From: a virus
Lineage: Duplodnaviria; Caudoviricetes
IMG/VR virus record: IMGVR_UViG_3300037485_001666
Location: 1-50,811 of that record
Length of the DNA stretch: 50,811 nucleotides
Strand: one strand, 5' to 3'
Both the position numbers and the translations under genes were made by a program. Shown one piece after another: positions 46,759-50,811 of this stretch (within the stretch, counting starts at the first letter, position 1; every line of letters starts with the position of its first letter). Under the pieces are notes generated by a model. The model ran no database searches, was not told where the DNA came from, and worked only from the letters and a program-made list of their open reading frames with translations.

Positions 46759-49700
46759 TGACAGTCACTCTTGCTATGCAAATTGAAGTCAAAGGCAAAG
46801 ACGAAGCCTCGAAAATGTTTGACGGCATCGGCAAGAGTGCCCAGAAAGCCACAGCCGAAATCAAGGGATCTGTCGGGGGAATGACAGGTGCCGCCGTTGC
46901 CATGAGCGCCCTCACGAACGCAATCGGGATCGTGAAGCAGGGATATGATGCCGTCATTGGCACCATCAAAATGTCCGTCGGTGCCTATATGGATGCTGAG
47001 GCAGGCACCAACAAAATGGTGCAGGCAATGAAGAATGCAGGCACCTACACCGATTCAGCTTTGAAGAGTTTTGAGAAGTTCGCTTCTCAGATTATGAAGA
47101 CCACGAAGTACGACGACGACGCCGTGATCTCTTTGATAGCTCTCGGAAAGGCCGCTGGATATACCGACGAAACGACAAAGGCAATGGTCGTCGCTGCGAC
47201 CAATCTTGCGACCGTGCAGAATACAGAACTGCGGCCTGCCTTTGAGGCTTTGCAAGGAAGTATGATTGGTCAGACCAGAGCTATCGCAAAGAACGCGTCT
47301 GAGGTTTTGAGGTTGACACCCATTCAACTCGCGCAAGGTGCCGCCATTGACTTGGTCAACACGAAGTGGAAAGACTACGCGAAGAACGTTGACAGTCTTG
47401 AGAATAGCCACGCCAAGATGAACAACTCGTTTGATGACTTCATCGAAAAGGTCGGCAAGGCCATCGTCGATTTCGTTGACCTCAAGAAGCAGATGGAAAC
47501 GAGCAAGAGCTTTTTTGAGACCCTTAGCGGTGTCATGGACAGAATAGATTTCTCGAAACTCGGCGACGCCTTCGGGAAATTTATGGGCCTACTTTTCGCA
47601 GGAACCTCGTCCATCTTTTCCAGGATGGTTGACCTTATCACTCTCAACATGAACAAGGTCGAGGCTATCTGGAACATCACTTGGAGCAGCATGAAGGTTG
47701 TTGCTCTCCAGGCGCTGAAATTTATCTACCAACAGTTCGCTGGCATCACAATGATGTTCGGTGGCCTTGCTGGAAAATGGCAAGACAAAGTCGATCAGAT
47801 TGATGCTGATACAGCGGCACTTGTCGTGGGTGTGAACAAAAGCAAAGAGAACCTAGCCAAAGGTTGGGAACTCGGAATGATTGGCGACCTGTTTGATGCC
47901 TTCAAGGGCCTCTGGGGTGACGCCAAGGAAGCGGAAAAGGAAACGGAAGACCAGACCTACAAGGCCAACGAAGCCGCGAAGCTACTGAAGAAGTCTATCG
48001 ACGATGCCGTGAACGCATTCAATGACCTCGAAAAGACCATGCTTGGCATTGCCAGAGCCAACGAAGAGTTCGGCAAGACCGATTCTGAACTCGCGGATAT
48101 GTCCTACCAGCGCCGACTGAAAGAGATTTCTCTCGTCGAAGACCAGCTTCGCAAGGTCGGACAATTGATGTCCAAGCAAAAGGAGTTTGAGAACTTCCGA
48201 AAGATAGCACAGCAAGAGTACGCACAAAAGAAAGGTGCGGCGGATGCCAAAGAACTCGAAGACGCTATCAATAAGGAGATGAGTTTTCTTCGCCACAATG
48301 AAGTGCAGGGAACAGACCTTTTGGTCGTTCAGCTCAAGGCGGAATTGCAGTCCGCCAAAGCCTTGGTGCAATGGTTCGAGGTGCTAGCCAAACGCGGATT
48401 GGAAATCAGTCTTGACGAGACATCGATCATCGCTGAGGCTGAGCACGCGGCTAGGATTATTCAAGGTAAGCTCCGAGACATCACGATCTACCAGCCCATG
48501 CTCGAAGGCATAAACGCCGTCAAGGGAGGCTTCGGTGGCCTCGTAGATTTCATTGGCAGCAAGTTTGGCGTCATCGGTCAGATTATCGCGTCCCTAGTGA
48601 AGATGCTTGACATGGACCCGAAAGACTTCAAGGAGTTTTTCAACAAACTCTTCGATGACATCTGGGGTGGATTCTTTGATCGACTTGCAGAAAACCTTCC
48701 CACTTTGATCACAGCCATGGTTCGTTCCATCGGCCAGAGCTTCGAGTTTTTGACGCAGGGATTCCCTGTGCTCATCCCGAAAATCATCCTCGGTATGATC
48801 GGTGCTCTCGTCTCAGCCGCACGAGAATTGACGATCAAGACCATCGACCCAAAGTACATTGTCAACCTCGTCAAGGGAGCATTCAGACAGATTGGTCGTG
48901 AGTTTGAAAAGCTCTTTGGCGGCAAAGGCTCGGACGTCCAATCAACCGAAACCGTCAAGAGCCAGAAGAGCGTCACCACGTCCTACAAGGAAGTCTACGA
49001 CACGTCTGCCGGCCAGAATGAATTCAGGGTGCGCGAATATGAGGCCAACCAAACCACATACAACGAGTGGAAAACGAAGGTCACTGAGGTCACGGAAGCG
49101 CAGGGTCGAACGTTGATGGACATGCTCAACGACCTCGGCCAAATCATTGTCGATGCACTCAATGGCGTCATTCCTGGACTTGGCGACGGCCTCAGACAAA
49201 GTATCAGAGACGGTTGGCAGTGGGTTGGAGACAACATTATCACACCGTTTCCAAAGGCCGTCGAAAACGCATTCAAGGTTGGATCAGATTATGCCAAAGA
49301 CGCGCTTGCCCTTTCCACAACAGGAGCGACCTCAGGAGTTCTGGAAAGATTCGTCTATTGGATTGGCGACTTCATTTCCATGTTGGCCATCGCCTTGGGT
49401 GACTTGTTCGCGAACCTGACGGTCATGATCACAAACCTCGTCATCAAGATTGTCTTTGGCATCGTGGGTCTTATCGGAGGACTCGTCACCGTTGCCATTG
49501 TCGGACCCTTTCAGCAGATTGTAGGATTCTTCAAAGGTCGCAGTCAAAAAGATACGACAAAGGCTATTAGTACCGCAGCGTACGGAACCGCAAACTCCAT
49601 CTGGGAAACCGGACAGTCCTTGCAGGACCAAGTCACGAACAGATGGCTTGCTAAACCGTCCGGTAGTTCTACCAATGGAACAACGACAACGACCACACCA

Positions 49701-50811
49701 ACACGAGAGCCGTCGCGAGGAGGAGCCAATTTTTCGCTGGACGGAGAAGGAACAACTTCGACCAGTACCGCGCAGACAAGTGGTAGTTCTAGCAGTAATG
49801 ACAGTGGAATGTTCGATGACCTTGCAAACAAAATGTCACCAGACTTTTCTGGATTCGCAGACTCCATCGGAAACTTCTTTTCGGACGTTGGCGTCAAGCT
49901 GTGGAACGGTTTCTGGGAAAAGGCTCAGCAGCTCGGCACATGGCTGTATGAGCAGGGAGCCAAGCTGTGGAACGGTTTCTGGGAAAAGACTTCCGCGATC
50001 ACAAAGTGGGCAGCCGATGCAGGTCTGGAATTGTGGAATGGCTTTTGGAACATGACCTCGAAAATCACGAAGTGGGCAGGTGACGCGGGCCTCGCATTGT
50101 GGAACGGCTTCTGGAATAAAGTTGGAGAATTCAACGATACAGTCGTCGCCAAGGTCAAGAGTTGGGGATCGGATATTTGGAACGGCTTTTGGAACACGCT
50201 CACAGGTGCTTGGACAACTACCCTTACCAAGTTTCAAGGCTGTGGAAATAGCATCTGGAATAGCTTTTGGAACACCATGAGCGCAGGTTGGTCTAGCCTC
50301 ACATCCTGGTTTGGCAAGACCGGTGTCGCGATTTGGGATGGCTTTTGGAACACCTTCGTGGGCGCGTGGAAAAGCCTGATCGGCTGGATGGGAAATGTAG
50401 GCTCCGCAATCTGGGACGGTCTTTCTGCTGCCATTGTCAAGGCGTGGTCCTTTTTCTCTCGCATTGGTCGCGAGATTTGGGCAGGCGTTGGAACAGCCGC
50501 TGGTGGTGGAACCTCTTCGGCCTCTCGGGTGGCAACGGCAGTCGCAACGGGTGGTGTGTCAGAAGCCGTTCGGTGGGTGAGCTCCTGGCACAACGGCGGA
50601 ACGATTCAACCCCTCCACTTTGCAGGTGGCGGACCGGTTCCTGGGTTCGGTTTTACGGACTCCGTCCCAGCTATGTTGACTCCAGGAGAACACGTCCTCA
50701 CACAGTCTCAGACAGCCGCTATGCAAGCAGGCCAGCTCGGGGGAACAACGATCAACATTCACATCGCCCCTAACGCTGACGTGTCCGAAAACGCGATTCG
50801 CCGATACCTCG
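46758..50811 (+). CDS. Tape measure protein (about 1378 aa once joined through the junction to 334)
   Basis: Missing from the ORF track because it runs off the window end. MTVTLAMQIEVKGKDEAS start; Ala/Gly-rich helical sequence; Trp-periodic repeats. Confidence 0.92.
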   Translation, partial: MTVTLAMQIEVKGKDEASKMFDGIGKSAQKATAEIKGSVGGMTGAAVAMSALTNAIGIVKQGYDAVIGTIKMSVGAYMDAEAGTNKMVQAMKNAGTYTDSALKSFEKFASQIMKTTKYDDDAVISLIALGKAAGYTDETTKAMVVAATNLATVQNTELRPAFEALQGSMIGQTRAIAKNASEVLRLTPIQLAQGAAIDLVNTKWKDYAKNVDSLENSHAKMNNSFDDFIEKVGKAIVDFVDLKKQMETSKSFFETLSGVMDRIDFSKLGDAFGKFMGLLFAGTSSIFSRMVDLITLNMNKVEAIWNITWSSMKVVALQALKFIYQQFAGITMMFGGLAGKWQDKVDQIDADTAALVVGVNKSKENLAKGWELGMIGDLFDAFKGLWGDAKEAEKETEDQTYKANEAAKLLKKSIDDAVNAFNDLEKTMLGIARANEEFGKTDSELADMSYQRRLKEISLVEDQLRKVGQLMSKQKEFENFRKIAQQEYAQKKGAADAKELEDAINKEMSFLRHNEVQGTDLLVVQLKAELQSAKALVQWFEVLAKRGLEISLDETSIIAEAEHAARIIQGKLRDITIYQPMLEGINAVKGGFGGLVDFIGSKFGVIGQIIASLVKMLDMDPKDFKEFFNKLFDDIWGGFFDRLAENLPTLITAMVRSIGQSFEFLTQGFPVLIPKIILGMIGALVSAARELTIKTIDPKYIVNLVKGAFRQIGREFEKLFGGKGSDVQSTETVKSQKSVTTSYKEVYDTSAGQNEFRVREYEANQTTYNEWKTKVTEVTEAQGRTLMDMLNDLGQIIVDALNGVIPGLGDGLRQSIRDGWQWVGDNIITPFPKAVENAFKVGSDYAKDALALSTTGATSGVLERFVYWIGDFISMLAIALGDLFANLTVMITNLVIKIVFGIVGLIGGLVTVAIVGPFQQIVGFFKGRSQKDTTKAISTAAYGTANSIWETGQSLQDQVTNRWLAKPSGSSTNGTTTTTTPTREPSRGGANFSLDGEGTTSTSTAQTSGSSSSNDSGMFDDLANKMSPDFSGFADSIGNFFSDVGVKLWNGFWEKAQQLGTWLYEQGAKLWNGFWEKTSAITKWAADAGLELWNGFWNMTSKITKWAGDAGLALWNGFWNKVGEFNDTVVAKVKSWGSDIWNGFWNTLTGAWTTTLTKFQGCGNSIWNSFWNTMSAGWSSLTSWFGKTGVAIWDGFWNTFVGAWKSLIGWMGNVGSAIWDGLSAAIVKAWSFFSRIGREIWAGVGTAAGGGTSSASRVATAVATGGVSEAVRWVSSWHNGGTIQPLHFAGGGPVPGFGFTDSVPAMLTPGEHVLTQSQTAAMQAGQLGGTTINIHIAPNADVSENAIRRYL
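49899..50420 (+). repeat. Trp-periodic tape-measure repeats (mostly 22 aa)
   Basis: Recurrent (L/I)W(N/D)(G/S)FW, about 8 copies, TGGAACGGYTTYTGG-like at DNA level. Confidence 0.85.
50561..50811. repeat. Terminal direct repeat, right copy
   Basis: Matches 1-251 with one mismatch. Confidence 0.97.

Noticed and set aside
49899-50420. Trp-rich tandem repeats as a novel repeat system
   Set aside because: 11/22-residue aromatic periodicity is an ordinary feature of tape measure proteins.

Overview
This window looks like a complete, circularly permuted genome of a tailed dsDNA phage (about 50,560 bp; the first 251 bp recur at the end with one synonymous mismatch). The long tape measure, tail tube and absence of a sheath gene suggest a siphovirus. 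Modules: tail tip and fibres (0.3-8.7 kb); lysis, with a GH75 chitosanase-like plus amidase fusion endolysin (8.8-12.0 kb); RecE-like/Bet recombination, DUF932 and a replication initiator with an internal iteron origin (12.2-19.4 kb); small accessory genes including an Acb2/Tad1-like anti-defence sponge (19.5-23.1 kb); a 7-deazaguanine DNA-modification operon, queD-queE-folE-[radical SAM]-[glycosyltransferase]-[ParB-like]-dpdA-like-queC (23.2-29.5 kb); a divergent control region with a type II hammerhead ribozyme between two small genes (29.5-31.9 kb); HK97-type head and connector genes and tail tube (32-41.4 kb); a methyltransferase/GT9 island and terminase genes sitting inside the tail module (41.5-45.8 kb); and tail chaperones plus a tape measure gene spanning the window junction. 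I recognised no integrase, repressor, DNA polymerase, helicase, tRNA or CRISPR array. The most novel candidates are the extended deazaguanine operon (possible undescribed hypermodified base), the ribozyme, and dispersed C-run/ACGTTCCCC islands. All protein calls come from motif recognition and synteny by eye; no searches were run.
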